Below, piece after piece: positions 1-11,157 of a stretch of DNA of 44,186 nucleotides. The notes under the pieces are model-generated. The model did not search any database. It had not been told where the DNA came from and was given only the letters and a program-made list of their open reading frames with translations. The number at the start of each line of letters is the position of its first letter. Position 1 is the first letter of the stretch. Source of the DNA: Seison nebaliae (Eukaryota); assembly GCA_023231475.1 (NCBI GenBank), contig JALJEE010000502.1, positions 1 through 44,186 on the forward strand, in the 5' to 3' direction. Made by a program: the position numbers and the translations under genes.

Positions 1-160
1 TGGCGAACTGTCCATTTTAAGAAAATGAAGCTCAGATTTATACAAAAGGGTGGCGAAAACACCAAAAATACATAAGTAGGGTGGCGAACTGTCCATTATT
101 AGGGTGGCGAACTGTCCGAATGAGAGTGGAAAAAAAAAGGTGGCGAAAACACCGGGATTC
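1..160. repeat. Five irregularly spaced copies of a GGTGGCGAA(CTGTCC/AACACC) motif; probable subterminal repeats of a DNA transposon/MITE, truncated by the window edge
   Basis: Copies at ~1-16, 48-63, 79-97, 102-117 and 139-154. The array ends at ...accgggattc (160), directly against a truncated transposase. Confidence 0.7.
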
Positions 161-422
161 GCTGAAATTAAGCAATTTCAAACAGTGGAAGAATTAAAAA
201 CCAGGGTGACGTATTGTTGGGATAAAATCGAAGAAAACTTTATTGATGATTTAATTGATTCATTTCCACGACTAATAGCTGATGTCTTGAAAAATAAAGG
301 TTCAGTTTGTTGCTAAAAAGATGTTTTTTCCATAAATTTCTAAAGATATGACATGCTTATTTAAAATTTATTCATTATACATGTATTTCGATAGGTTCTA
401 AAGTTTTGAAACCCAGTTTATA
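161..422 (+). mobile_element. 3' fragment of a Tc1/mariner element (transposase C-terminus plus probable right TIR)
   Basis: VEELKTRVTYCWDKIEENFIDDLIDSFPRLIADVLKNKG* (stop 314-316) fits the Tc1 C-terminal pattern L...W..I....I..LI.S.P.R...V....G. ggttctaaagttttgaaacccagtttaTA (~393-422) resembles a Tc1 terminus with a TA target. Confidence 0.7.
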
Positions 423-1352
423 TGAAAAATAATCAATATCTCAATTAACAATATTTCAATTTATCCCGTCGGGAATTTCATTAAAAAAATAAACAAAAAT
501 AAAACCAAAAGGCATATAACCCTTCATGTCTCAATTACTCAAGTATGTTTATGAATGAGTAAATTTAAAAAAAAACTTTTAACATGTTTTATTTATGATT
601 TCTTTTTGTCAAGTATCAATACTTTCTTCCAAATTATTTTCACAAATAATTTCCATTAGGCCGTAGAACGTATATAAAAGTCCATGCATAAAAAATGTGT
701 GATACTTCCTTTTTAGTGCAACATATTTCCCACACAGCATATACAATAAAAACTTAAAGTAATTGGACAATATTTCCTTTCAGAAAACTTGTCATAACTT
801 CTCTCTGATTAGATATTTCCAATCTTTTTACTTTCCAAAATATTTCAAATTGTGACGAAGATAAATTTCTGGAAAAACATTAATTTCATTAATCATGATT
901 ATAATTTAGTTTTATAATTTTCTATTAGATAATTGTGTAGATTTGAATTTTAAAAACAGTTACAAAGTTAAACTGACAATTGTGAAACGTGTGGACACGA
1001 GTGTGGTGAAAAATCCGTTCCAATTATTAATTGGCTTTTGATTCAAAAGAAAATATTTTCCGTCTAAATTTTTTCCACGAGAACGACAATAAGAGAAGTG
1101 TTGTCGATCACTGCGTACGAATGAGATAATTGTTTATCTTCGACTATTATCAGAAAACAAGAAGTTGAAATGATAATTAATGTTCAGCGAAATTTTTGGA
1201 AGTGATTCTCTTCATTTGGATTTAGTTGAAATTGAAGTGAAATTGATAATTTCTCATTTCATTTGGAAAGAAAAGGAAAGGGAAGGATAAGTGAATATTT
1301 GTGGAAATAAAGTGAAATAAAAAGAATATGAAAAAATGATTAATTTTGACTG

Positions 1353-4300
1353 ATGAGTAAAGTGGAGGAGGTAAAAGAAAAAATTGATGAACCAGCTGCT
1401 TCTCGGAAACATCAGGAGACTTCTTCCCAACAAACCGTTGAAGAGGAGGAAAGACAAAAGAGAAAATTAAGAATGATTACATATTGTATTAATCTCTTTC
1501 ATTTCGTCATCTTCTTCCTCATCTCATTCATCATAACGAATAAACTGTCGAACGGTTTGTACGATCATCTTTCAAGTGATCAAATATCTTCAATTTCTCA
1601 TCTCTTCGAAAAATTATCTGACAAATTAACATCGAACGATATTCCATTACCACCGACATCGTCGAAAACCGTTTCAGAAAATGATGAAATTCGAAGTAAT
1701 CCATCGACATTACATGATATCAGAATTGATGAATCAGCTCAATTAATGTTGGATGAGGAGCGTGAATTACTCGCTACTAAAGCCAAATTGATGGTAGAGC
1801 ACGCATTTAATGGTTATATGAAACACGCTTATCCAGCTGACGAATTACAACCATTATCATGTAACGGACGATATCGAAATCTTCGTCAGAATCGTGGTGA
1901 TATCGATGAGATTTTAGGGAATTTCTCACTCACTCTCATCGATTCACTTGATACACTTTGTCTTTTAGGAATGTATGACGAATTGGCATATGCGATTGAT
2001 CAAGTGAAAAATTCGATTCGTTTTGATTCTAATTTTATTGTGAGTGTATTTGAGACGAATATACGAATTGTTGGTGGTTTATTGGGTGGTCATAGTTGTG
2101 TGAAAAAATTACAAGAAATGAACATTCCACAATTTCGTCATTATCAACAAGAATTATTAGAGAAAGCGATCGATATCGCTGAGAGATTATTACCAGCATT
2201 CCATACGAAAAGTGGATTACCAGCACCAAGAATCAATTTGAAAAGTGGCATCAATTTTCATCAACAATACAAAGATAATTTCACTTGTACAGCATGTGCT
2301 GGAAGTATTTTATTAGAATTTGGAACACTCTCTCATCTTACAGGCGATGAAAGATATATGAATGTGGCAATGAAAGCTCTCGATTTCTTATGGGCATCAC
2401 GTCATCGTTCAACAAATTTACCAGGAACGACACTTCATATCCATCATGGAAAATGGGAACAAAGAGAATCGAGTATCGGTGCTGGTATCGATTCATATTA
2501 TGAATATTTATTTAAAGGTTATGTCATTTTTAATGACGAAGAATTATTGAATCGATTTATTATTCATTATCGATCAATTGGACAATATTTATTTGCACAA
2601 CCAAATAATTTTCCATTACCAGTTCAAATGCATCAACCACATCAATGGACTCGTCGATTTCTTGATTCATTATCAGCTTTTTGGCCTGGATTACAAGCAT
2701 CTAATGGTGATATTACTGCTGCTGTAATACTTCATGAGAGATTAATGCAAGTAGCACGACGTCATCATTTCTTACCAGAAGCATTTACAGAAGATCTCGT
2801 CGCTCATTGGTCCTATCATTTACTTCGTCCCGAACTCGTTGAAAGTACATACATTTTACATGAGATAACGAAAGATCCTTATTATCTTCGCGTAGGGAAA
2901 CGATTGATGGAGAGTATTGAGAAATTCACAAAAACGTCATGTGGTTATGCTGCTATAAAGAACCTGCATACAGGTGAATTAGAGAATCGAATGGATTCGT
3001 TCGTTATTGCAGAAACATTCAAATATTTTTATCTTCTATTTAAACCAACTCATTTATTTCCACTCGACAATTTCATCTTTTCTACGGAGGCTCATTTATT
3101 ACCATTATTGGGACCGTTGCCCAGACGGAATCAAAAATCAGAGAAGAGACAAATGTTAAGACGGAAAGAAGAAGAATTGACGTGTAAGAAAATCGATAAA
3201 TTCACATCTTATCAATTTACAAGATTGAAAGATATTCGTTTCCGTGTGAGACAAACGACGAATAATGAGAAAGTGAAATCACATTTCCTTCAAACACAAA
3301 AGAAAGAGACATCGAAACAATCATTTAGTTGGATGACAATGAAAATCTTTGACGTTTCCAATAAGAGTCATATCGAAACATTAAATAAAATGGGAATTCG
3401 TTTATCCGTCGAAGGTAACGGTAAATTATTATTTAAGTTCTATGAAAATAATGCCATATCATCAATGGCGGCTATTGAAGGTGGAAGATTTCTTAATGAA
3501 ATCATTTCAAATACTCATCAATTTAGCGAACAACAACGACTCGAATTGAACGATTATCGTGTCATACAATTGATGGGGAATGGAGAAGAAGATTTTTTAG
3601 GAATGGTCGCCCGTTTCGGCGAATCATTCAATGGAACACTTACGTCAGTGGTAGGTGAAATTGTTGTGATCGATTGGAATTTGGAATTATGTCAATTATC
3701 GATAGAAGAGGATGAAGAAGGAATAAAATTGATTAATAAAATTAAATCGATAAAAAATAAAATTTTTGTGATTGAACGAGGCGGATGTACTTTCGCAAAG
3801 AAAGTGTTAATCGCTCAACGATTGGGAGCGAAAGCCGTCATTATTCTTGATAATGAAATCTTCACCAGTTATACGACATCGCCTCATTTCCAGTTATTGG
3901 GTGATAGTGAAATGACATTGACTGATGAACTTCATATTCCTGTTACTTTGTTGATGGCGAAGGAATCATTAGATTTTATTCATTCATTGGAAGAGGAGAC
4001 GATTATTCGTTTCTCATCATTTCGATTAACGAGAGAAATGATGAATCGATTCAAATCTCATCATTATCTCGATTATTTTATTTATGAAAATCGATTAACT
4101 TATCATTCACTTTATCAAATTTTTTTTATTCGATCACTCATTTCTCAACAACAACTATCATACTCTCAATTCTTCCAATGTCCAATCGATCTCCTTTCTT
4201 ATCAATATCTCCAACAACAAGAACAACAACAACAACAACAATTGAAATTGAAAGAAATTTCAATGGATTATTCGATTCATGAACTATTTCAAATTTCTAA

Positions 4301-4961
4301 TGAGACGATAAAAAGAATATCAATAAATAAGAAATTTGAAAATGAAACGAATCGATTCATTTTCAATAAACTCACCATCATCACATCACAAAAACAACAA
4401 CAACAACAACAACAACAACAAGAGAGGGAAATAATTTATTTATATAATTTCATTTCATTAATTCATTCCATATCGGATGAAATGAAAAGTTTAAGAGAAA
4501 TTTTGAAAATTGCCAATTTCTCCAATTCGATCTGGTACAATTTTTACATTGTCAATTTGACGATGAAAAAAGAGAAGAATCAGAATTATGTAATGGAGAA
4601 ATTGGAGAGATCGGTGAAAGAGGTAGCGGATATTTTCGCTTGTAATTTCATTCGATTCATTCGTCTTTCACGATTCGATTTTAATCGATCGATGGGAAAA
4701 GAAGAATATGAGACAGAATGTGAATGGGATACTCGATGGATGGTGGGACGAGCGACGAAATTTGCATTCGTCAATTATTTCCGCTCCATCCTCCTTCAAT
4801 ATTTTAACGCCATCACTTCTTTTTATCACTTCCCTTCTCTCAACGAGAGTGAAATATTAATGAGTGAAATGTTCGATTCGGAGAAGATCAGTTACGATGT
4901 GACGAGTCGACACTTCCGTCAACTACTCCGAATCAACGCACGACCTCTCACCGTTTACTGA
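1353..4961 (+). CDS. EDEM3: ER degradation-enhancing alpha-mannosidase-like protein 3 (GH47 + PA domain), intronless, with polyQ-containing C-terminal extension
   Basis: GH47 motifs YMKHAYPADELQP, TLIDSLDTL, FETNIRIVGGLLG, GIDSYYEYL, LRPELVES, AETFKYFYLLF and FSTEAH. PA domain ERGGCTFAKKVLIAQRLGAKAVII. N-terminal hydrophobic anchor. Confidence 0.92.
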   Translation: MSKVEEVKEKIDEPAASRKHQETSSQQTVEEEERQKRKLRMITYCINLFHFVIFFLISFIITNKLSNGLYDHLSSDQISSISHLFEKLSDKLTSNDIPLPPTSSKTVSENDEIRSNPSTLHDIRIDESAQLMLDEERELLATKAKLMVEHAFNGYMKHAYPADELQPLSCNGRYRNLRQNRGDIDEILGNFSLTLIDSLDTLCLLGMYDELAYAIDQVKNSIRFDSNFIVSVFETNIRIVGGLLGGHSCVKKLQEMNIPQFRHYQQELLEKAIDIAERLLPAFHTKSGLPAPRINLKSGINFHQQYKDNFTCTACAGSILLEFGTLSHLTGDERYMNVAMKALDFLWASRHRSTNLPGTTLHIHHGKWEQRESSIGAGIDSYYEYLFKGYVIFNDEELLNRFIIHYRSIGQYLFAQPNNFPLPVQMHQPHQWTRRFLDSLSAFWPGLQASNGDITAAVILHERLMQVARRHHFLPEAFTEDLVAHWSYHLLRPELVESTYILHEITKDPYYLRVGKRLMESIEKFTKTSCGYAAIKNLHTGELENRMDSFVIAETFKYFYLLFKPTHLFPLDNFIFSTEAHLLPLLGPLPRRNQKSEKRQMLRRKEEELTCKKIDKFTSYQFTRLKDIRFRVRQTTNNEKVKSHFLQTQKKETSKQSFSWMTMKIFDVSNKSHIETLNKMGIRLSVEGNGKLLFKFYENNAISSMAAIEGGRFLNEIISNTHQFSEQQRLELNDYRVIQLMGNGEEDFLGMVARFGESFNGTLTSVVGEIVVIDWNLELCQLSIEEDEEGIKLINKIKSIKNKIFVIERGGCTFAKKVLIAQRLGAKAVIILDNEIFTSYTTSPHFQLLGDSEMTLTDELHIPVTLLMAKESLDFIHSLEEETIIRFSSFRLTREMMNRFKSHHYLDYFIYENRLTYHSLYQIFFIRSLISQQQLSYSQFFQCPIDLLSYQYLQQQEQQQQQQLKLKEISMDYSIHELFQISNETIKRISINKKFENETNRFIFNKLTIITSQKQQQQQQQQQEREIIYLYNFISLIHSISDEMKSLREILKIANFSNSIWYNFYIVNLTMKKEKNQNYVMEKLERSVKEVADIFACNFIRFIRLSRFDFNRSMGKEEYETECEWDTRWMVGRATKFAFVNYFRSILLQYFNAITSFYHFPSLNESEILMSEMFDSEKISYDVTSRHFRQLLRINARPLTVY

Positions 4962-5066
4962 TAAGATTGTTTATTTATTTATTTATTTTCCTTCAAAAAA
5001 AAAACTCCTCAGAACAATCATTGGAGAGGTGTAATTTATTCAAATAAAAAATATTTTATCATTTCA

Positions 5067-5093
5067 CATCATCATCATCATCATCATCATCAT
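5067..5093. repeat. (CAT)n microsatellite
   Basis: catcatcatcat... run between EDEM3 and MVD. Confidence 0.9.
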
Positions 5094-5278
5094 CGAGACA
5101 TTTGAGAACGACGCTTCAGAATTGAAAGTTTTTCGTTGATCGAAACAACTTCGTCATATCGTTCGTTTGAAGACGAAACAGTTTAATGGTGAGGACGAAT
5201 GATCTGATATGTCTCAATTGACATGAACATTATCATATAAATTTACGTCGAAACGTCGAAGTGAGAAAGAATTTCACA

Positions 5279-6586
5279 ATGTCGAATCATCCCAAAGTGA
5301 CATGTGTTGCTCCAGTCAATATCGCTGTAATTAAATATTGTTCGTTTTATTCTTTCACTTCTTTCACCATCTCATGGTACAGGGGGCAAACGGTGCGAAC
5401 ATTTAATTCTTCCATCCAATCCATCTCTCAGTCTCACTCTGAATGTGAATGAGTTATGTGCTCGGACGACGATTGAAGAAAATTTCACGTCAAAATCTGA
5501 TGAATTCATCTTGAACGATGTTAAAACGGAAATTAACCATCGAATGAGAACGGTCATCGACCAAAGTTATTTTTCCTTTTCTCTATTTCACTCTCGTCTC
5601 AGTTCGTTATAAGAAAGAGGAAGGTGATCAAGAGAAGATTTTTTTGAAAATCACTTCCTCCAACAACTTCCCTACTGCCGCTGGTTTAGCGTCGAGCGCT
5701 GCCGGTTTCGCTTGTCTCGGTTAGTTCGACATTTGCAAAGAGAAATGTGAAGAATTCCATTCAGTTTATAGTCTAGCTAAATTCTTCAATTATTCTGGTG
5801 AGTTATCAGTGATAGCTCGACGTGGCAGTGGTTCCGCTTGTCGGTCGATATATGGGGGATTTGTCGAATGGAAAATGGGAAAAGAAGAATCGGGAGAAGA
5901 CAGTTACGCTCAACAATTAGCACCATTGACTCATTGGGAGGATATGCGAATTCTTCTTCTGGTGGTATCGACGGAAAAGAAGACGATTGGAAGTACTCCA
6001 GGAATGAAGAGATCAATAGAGACGAGTGAATTTATGAGAGATGTTCGTTTGGAACAAGTTAAGAGACGAAATGAACAAATGAAAGAAGCGATTCGAGAGA
6101 AGAATTTCACTAAATTCGCCAAACTGACAATGAAAGATTCGAATAGTTTTCATGCAATTTGTCTTGATTCATTTCCTCCAATTAATTATCTCAATGATAT
6201 TTCTCATCATATTCAATCTCTCGTTCATCATTTCAATCGATTAAGTCTTGCTACTAAAGTCGCTTATACATTTGATGCTGGTTCGAATGCTTGTCTTTTC
6301 CTCGAACAATCAACAATGAGTGAATTCTTATATGTTCTCACTCATTTCTATTGTCATCCACTCGTTCATTATGCAGATCAAATAGATAAAGAATTCATTA
6401 AAGGAATTCATTATCCTTTAAAAGAAACGGATGTTATTCATTTCATTTTCATTTTTCAATCATAATCAAAATCATCGTTTTTAGATCGTGAAGAGGATTC
6501 CGTTGGAACAATTAAATAATGGAAAAGTGAAATATATTATTTCAACAAAGATTGGTGATGGACCAAAATGCGCTTCTGTTCAATAA
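5279..6586 (+). CDS. MVD: Diphosphomevalonate decarboxylase, 5 exons (introns 5340-5382, 5566-5602, 5720-5764, 6433-6484)
   Basis: Splicing restores [70 protein letters not shown] and the C-terminal TKIGDGP. Confidence 0.95.
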
Positions 6587-6719
6587 TGAACTGTATAAAT
6601 AAAATTGATGTTTATGAGGAGAGAAATTTAAGAGTATTTTTCGAAAATAAATTTCTTTTACAAACCTTTTTCTTGAGCGCACATTTTCTTCTTCGTTTCT
6701 CCTTTGCCAATTCGACGAA

Positions 6720-8493
6720 ATGCAATTCTTTCTCGTCTTTTGTCTCTTCATCGTCGCTTTGACGAAAGGGAAACATATAACGCGTTGGAGTGAATGGACA
6801 CCCACCACCACTTGTAAAGCTGTAGCTGATAGGCCATGTGGCGTTGGAATACAACTAAAAATTAGAAGTTGTCTCACCAAAAAATGTGAGGGACCGGCAT
6901 CATTAACATTTCCATGTGAATTGGACGGAGTGGATTGTCGTCATTCAAAGAGGAAATCTTTGAAAATGGAACGATGGGTCAAATCCAAATCTAACAATGA
7001 TTTAAATTCCGACTATTATTTACAAATCAGCGATATGTTTCTCCATCATCCAGACATGATTGACAAGAAGAAAACGAAAAAAATGGTACTTTTTCGAAAA
7101 CGTCGTCGTCGTCGTCGTCAAGTACTTGAATATCCGGTCAATCCCTTCCTCAACTCTTTCGTTCCATTAGCTCAAGGTGGAGTACCATTAGCTGCACCGA
7201 TGGCTGCACCAGTAATGGCACCATTAGCTGGTGCTCCAGTCGCAGCTGTTTCTCCATTGGGTGCAGGTTATGAACCATATCCGTTCGCTGTTCCACAGGG
7301 AGCAGCTTTAGCTCCTTTTCCACTTGTCTATCCAGCTCAGTCTCGACAGAAACGTTCGTTGATCAAGAAACGATTCATGTACAATAGTAGTAGTTGTTCA
7401 TTTCATATTCATAAATTGGATTGTTTACACGGTCATATGAAACAAGTGAGAAAACATAAAATGGAAAAGAATGAAGGAGTTGATGAAGAGATCGAAATCG
7501 AATCAATCGATCTCATTAAAATTAAATCAGTAAAAATTCAACATATTTTTTTTCGGGAAATCATATTCGAATTACAATCCATCATCGCCAACACTCTAGC
7601 AATGGACAATACCTCTTCCATCGATTGTGATGTGAAGAAGATTTATGATGAATCATTACCAAATCATCACGGCAATTTATTGAATGAATCTCGTTGCTTC
7701 ACTGGATGTCTTAACGGTCATGTATTTTATATGATATCGAAAGCATTATATTGTGGTTCGATGTTGCCGGAAGAATTAGTGGATCGAGTACGTCGAATGG
7801 AAGAACGATTAGATCAATTCATTCAAAGTTTCATTATGGGCAGGTTAACATTTTTTAACTTCTTTATTCTTTTTTTCTTCATATATATATATATATATAT
7901 TTATTTATTTATTTATTTATATTGATAGATGTGGCGAAACGAGGAAATGTGAAGTAAAAAATAAATCGTTAAAAGAGATCATCATCAATCATGTATTGGA
8001 AGAGTTGATTCAATTGATGATGAATAATGAGACTCAACATCGTTCTTCAATTCCCAGTTTCATGTGGCACAAATTTATCAAAGAGAAAATTGCAGATTGT
8101 CTCCAATATGAAATAACAACAGAATATGAATGTATAACTAAAGGTTCAACTATTTCTCGAAAAGTTTTATGTGATCAACCTAATCAAGATTATGGAACGG
8201 AATCCATTATACTCAACAACAACATCATCCATCATAATTCACCCAATTCTCGTCAACAACGTAGCAACAATTCTCTCATGAATATTTATAATCTATTCCG
8301 ATTATCTATCACTCCATTTGGTCCATTCAATTCCTCCTGCAACTCCATCACCAAAACTATGCCACAACACAAAACTTATCGCGACGTTGTAGTTGCTAAT
8401 CGTATGATCATGGTCTACATTCCTGTCATGATGTTAATGCTATATTTCTTCTATTCCTTCCAAACTCGTCATCATCAACGATGTCGAGAATGA
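6720..8493 (+). CDS. Secreted/membrane proprotein with a thrombospondin type-1 repeat, polybasic cleavage sites, an Ala/Pro-rich segment, a Cys-containing region and a C-terminal hydrophobic segment; intron 7844-7928
   Basis: Signal peptide MQFFLVFCLFIVALT. TSP1-like WSEWTP...C...CGVG.Q...RSC. The GT-AG intron joins ORF 6720 in frame to ORF 7996 (IMGR/CGETRKC). Hydrophobic IMVYIPVMMLMLYFFYSF. Confidence 0.7.
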
Positions 8494-8509
8494 TTGAAAC
8501 GTTCTTTCC

Positions 8510-8553
8510 CTCTCTCTCTCTTTCTCTCCTTCTCTCTCTCTCTCTCTCTCTCT
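8510..8553. repeat. (TC)n microsatellite
   Basis: Imperfect tctctc run just 3' of the TSP1 gene. Confidence 0.85.
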
Positions 8554-8795
8554 CCTAAGTAAATCGATTTTTCCCCCAATAAATTTTTTATAAGTCCAAT
8601 TTAAAGAAAACATTTTTATTTTATTCTCATTTGTTTCTCCTCTCATTCTCCTTTCGGGAATGGAGATAAATGAAAACGTCAAACTTTAGAAGAAGGATAT
8701 AAAATAATGTAAAAAAAAAAAAAGAGTTTTATAGTTTTGTCGTGTCATGATTGAATTTGGATTGTGAGTGTTGAGATTCATCGTTCCATCATCCT

Positions 8796-9152
8796 TCACC
8801 ATCCACTCAATGCCAAAGATGAGATGCTTCCACGCTTCTCCGGTTTCTTATTCCATTCCTTCAACCATTTCATCAACAGATAATAATCCATTTGATCGAA
8901 CTTCTCCTTATTTAAAAGAGAATTCATTCGAATTCGATTGTCACTATAATCGATGGATTGTTCTTTGAGAGGAGAGATGTCGTCCATTTGTTCGTTCACC
9001 ATGTTTGTTGTTGGAGGTGACGAATGATTCAACGCGAAACGATTCCTTTCCATCAGATTCTCTAATAGACTCAACATCGACTTGTCACTGGGACGACAGA
9101 GGATCAGATCGAAAACGAACAAAATGGCGATGATGAATAGTGAAAGTTTCAT
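8796..9152 (-). CDS. Probable neuropeptide/prohormone precursor, 118 aa
   Basis: Signal peptide MKLSLFIIAILFVFDLILC, a spacer, then dibasic KR followed by the terminal peptide GSISSLALSGW*. Confidence 0.7.
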   Translation of the reverse strand: MKLSLFIIAILFVFDLILCRPSDKSMLSLLENLMERNRFALNHSSPPTTNMVNEQMDDISPLKEQSIDYSDNRIRMNSLLNKEKFDQMDYYLLMKWLKEWNKKPEKRGSISSLALSGW

Positions 9153-9747
9153 TCTTAATCTAGAGTTTCTTTGAATAGAAGAAAATTAGTTTGTTTGGAG
9201 GAGATCAGCAAAAGGAAATTGTACGGACATTCACTACACTCGATGAAGAGTTTACTCACAAACAACCACTTCACTTACACAATTCATTAGGGAAAGTGCC
9301 CTGCTATTAAACGAATTTCTCAAGAAGTCCTCGGGATAAGAGAAGAATAAATGGGAAAATGGTTTGGAAACAATAAATGTCATTCATCGATTACGAGTGA
9401 ACGAATGTGACGATTGACAACGGGAAGAATTAATTTCCTTGGAGCATGTTACTTCTCAATGGAAATTCGACAGAACTACTTCTAACGACGAGGCAATTTC
9501 AACTATGTTCTTATATCAATTAACAATTATTTGTTCGAGTTCTTATATGGTCGGAGGGAGAGGAGAAGAATCAGTAGGTGGAAGATGTTGAATAGAAGAT
9601 GAAGAATTTATTTTCATTTCAAACAACAATTACTCATGCCGTTTATAGATATCAGTAATTATCGATAATATCCATTTGGTCGTCTCTCTTTCTCTCTTCA
9701 TCCTCACTCACTCAAATGATGTTGAAATGAACAAATTCGATTTCATT

Positions 9748-10228
9748 TTACCTCTCAACGACCAATAAGAGAGTAGGAGGAGGAGGAGGAGGAGGAGAGA
9801 GATAGAAAGAAATAAAGGAAAAGAAAAACTTATGAAATACAATGACTTCCGAAAACGTAAGAAGTGAAAGAATAAACACCGTCACCATATTTATTAGTAC
9901 CGATTGAATGATACATGGATGAATGACCTCCAAATTCTTCAATGACACGATTAGATGGACAAATATGACAATGAACAGAAGAGAAATCCAAAAGATCCAT
10001 TCAACCCATCTGGACACGGACGACGTTTATCGGATTAGCATTTTCTTGTTCTCGTTGTCAGTCTCTTCGAAATCAGTGAGTGTTGAATAATATGACAATA
10101 GAATAGAGATGATCTCTAACCATCAACTTCGTTTGTTGTTCTTCGATGCGTCGATAAATCTCTTTGCCCAATTCAATGATCGTTTCCGTATCGTTCTCTT
10201 TGTATAATTCATCTAACAAGAAATCCAT
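9748..10228 (-). CDS. Possible small orphan gene (helical N-terminus, perhaps spliced to a hydrophobic exon); structure unresolved
   Basis: ATG at 10228 directly follows a polypyrimidine-CAG acceptor. It reads MDFLLDELYKENDTETIIELGKEIYRRIEEQQTKLM, then a GTT donor. The downstream ORF 9748-10017 is hydrophobic. Confidence 0.35.
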
Positions 10229-10276
10229 CTGAATAAAAAAAGAAATAACGAAAACATATCAATTAATTCATTTCGA

Positions 10277-11011
10277 TTAATGTTTCTTTAATCGTTCCTT
10301 CAACTTTGTCAGTCGCATCTCCTTTCCTCGTTCCTTCCTCCTCAATTCGTCACTTCGTTTCTCATGAAATTGTTCAGTGCGTTCTGAGTGTTTGAGAATC
10401 TCTTCTGTTAATGTTTGACATCTTTCCTTCTTTGGAATTCGCTCATTAAACATATCAGTTGGTCTATCAACTACAGTTCCTGTTTGAAAGTAGTTGGGCA
10501 TTTCTGGTCGATCGGCTGATTTGTAATATTTGTCCGGAAATAAATGTTGACGCATTTGAATCGTTTCATAATCCATTTTCAATTGTTCCAATTCATCATC
10601 TTCTCGCACTTTACTTGCCAATGGTAATCCATGAGAATTCCATTTCTTCTTCTCTTCCTTTCTCAATCGTTTTAATTGTCTTTTGGATTGATGGAGTGTT
10701 GGAATATCAATTTTCGTTCTCATAAATTCATCATCGATTATCACATGCTTCTCATAATTATCGAGATGATCGTCGAGAATCTCTTTCAGATTCATCTCCT
10801 TCTCTTCTAATTCCATATTCGCTTTCATTCCATTAACGGAATCGAGATACACCTGCACATAAATCGGAATCATGACTAATGGAAATGATCTGGAATTTAA
10901 TAGAGAAATGAATGAATAGAATTTATTTTTTAGAAATTAAAATAAAGAAAAGAAAATCGAATTTTTCTTCTTTTCTTTACACGAATTTATGGTCGTTTCT
11001 TTTGGAGTCAT
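10277..11011 (-). CDS. DNTTIP2: Fcf2/DNTTIP2 pre-rRNA processing protein; a short first exon from ATG 11011 is tentative, main exon ~10277-10889
   Basis: Fcf2 motifs KMDYETIQMRQHLFPDKYYK, PNYFQTGTVVD and FNERIPKKERCQTLTEEIL. Confidence 0.85.
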
Positions 11012-11157
11012 TAGAATATTAGAGAGTGATTAGATTCAAATTATAAGAAAATAAATAAATTATCATTAAATGGTCTCGAAATAAAATGTTTCGATTGAAA
11101 TCGAAAGACAAAGTAATAATTTTTTCTTTTCTTTCTTTCATACTACGATTAATATTA

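Noticed and set aside
1..160. CRISPR-like repeat-spacer appearance
   Set aside because: The repeats are short and of two variants, the spacers are very unequal, the context is eukaryotic and there are no cas genes.
10027..10029. Stop-codon readthrough or an alternative genetic code (TAA in frame with ORF 9748-10017)
   Set aside because: TAA and TGA terminate conserved genes normally throughout the window, and alternative splicing explains the layout equally well.
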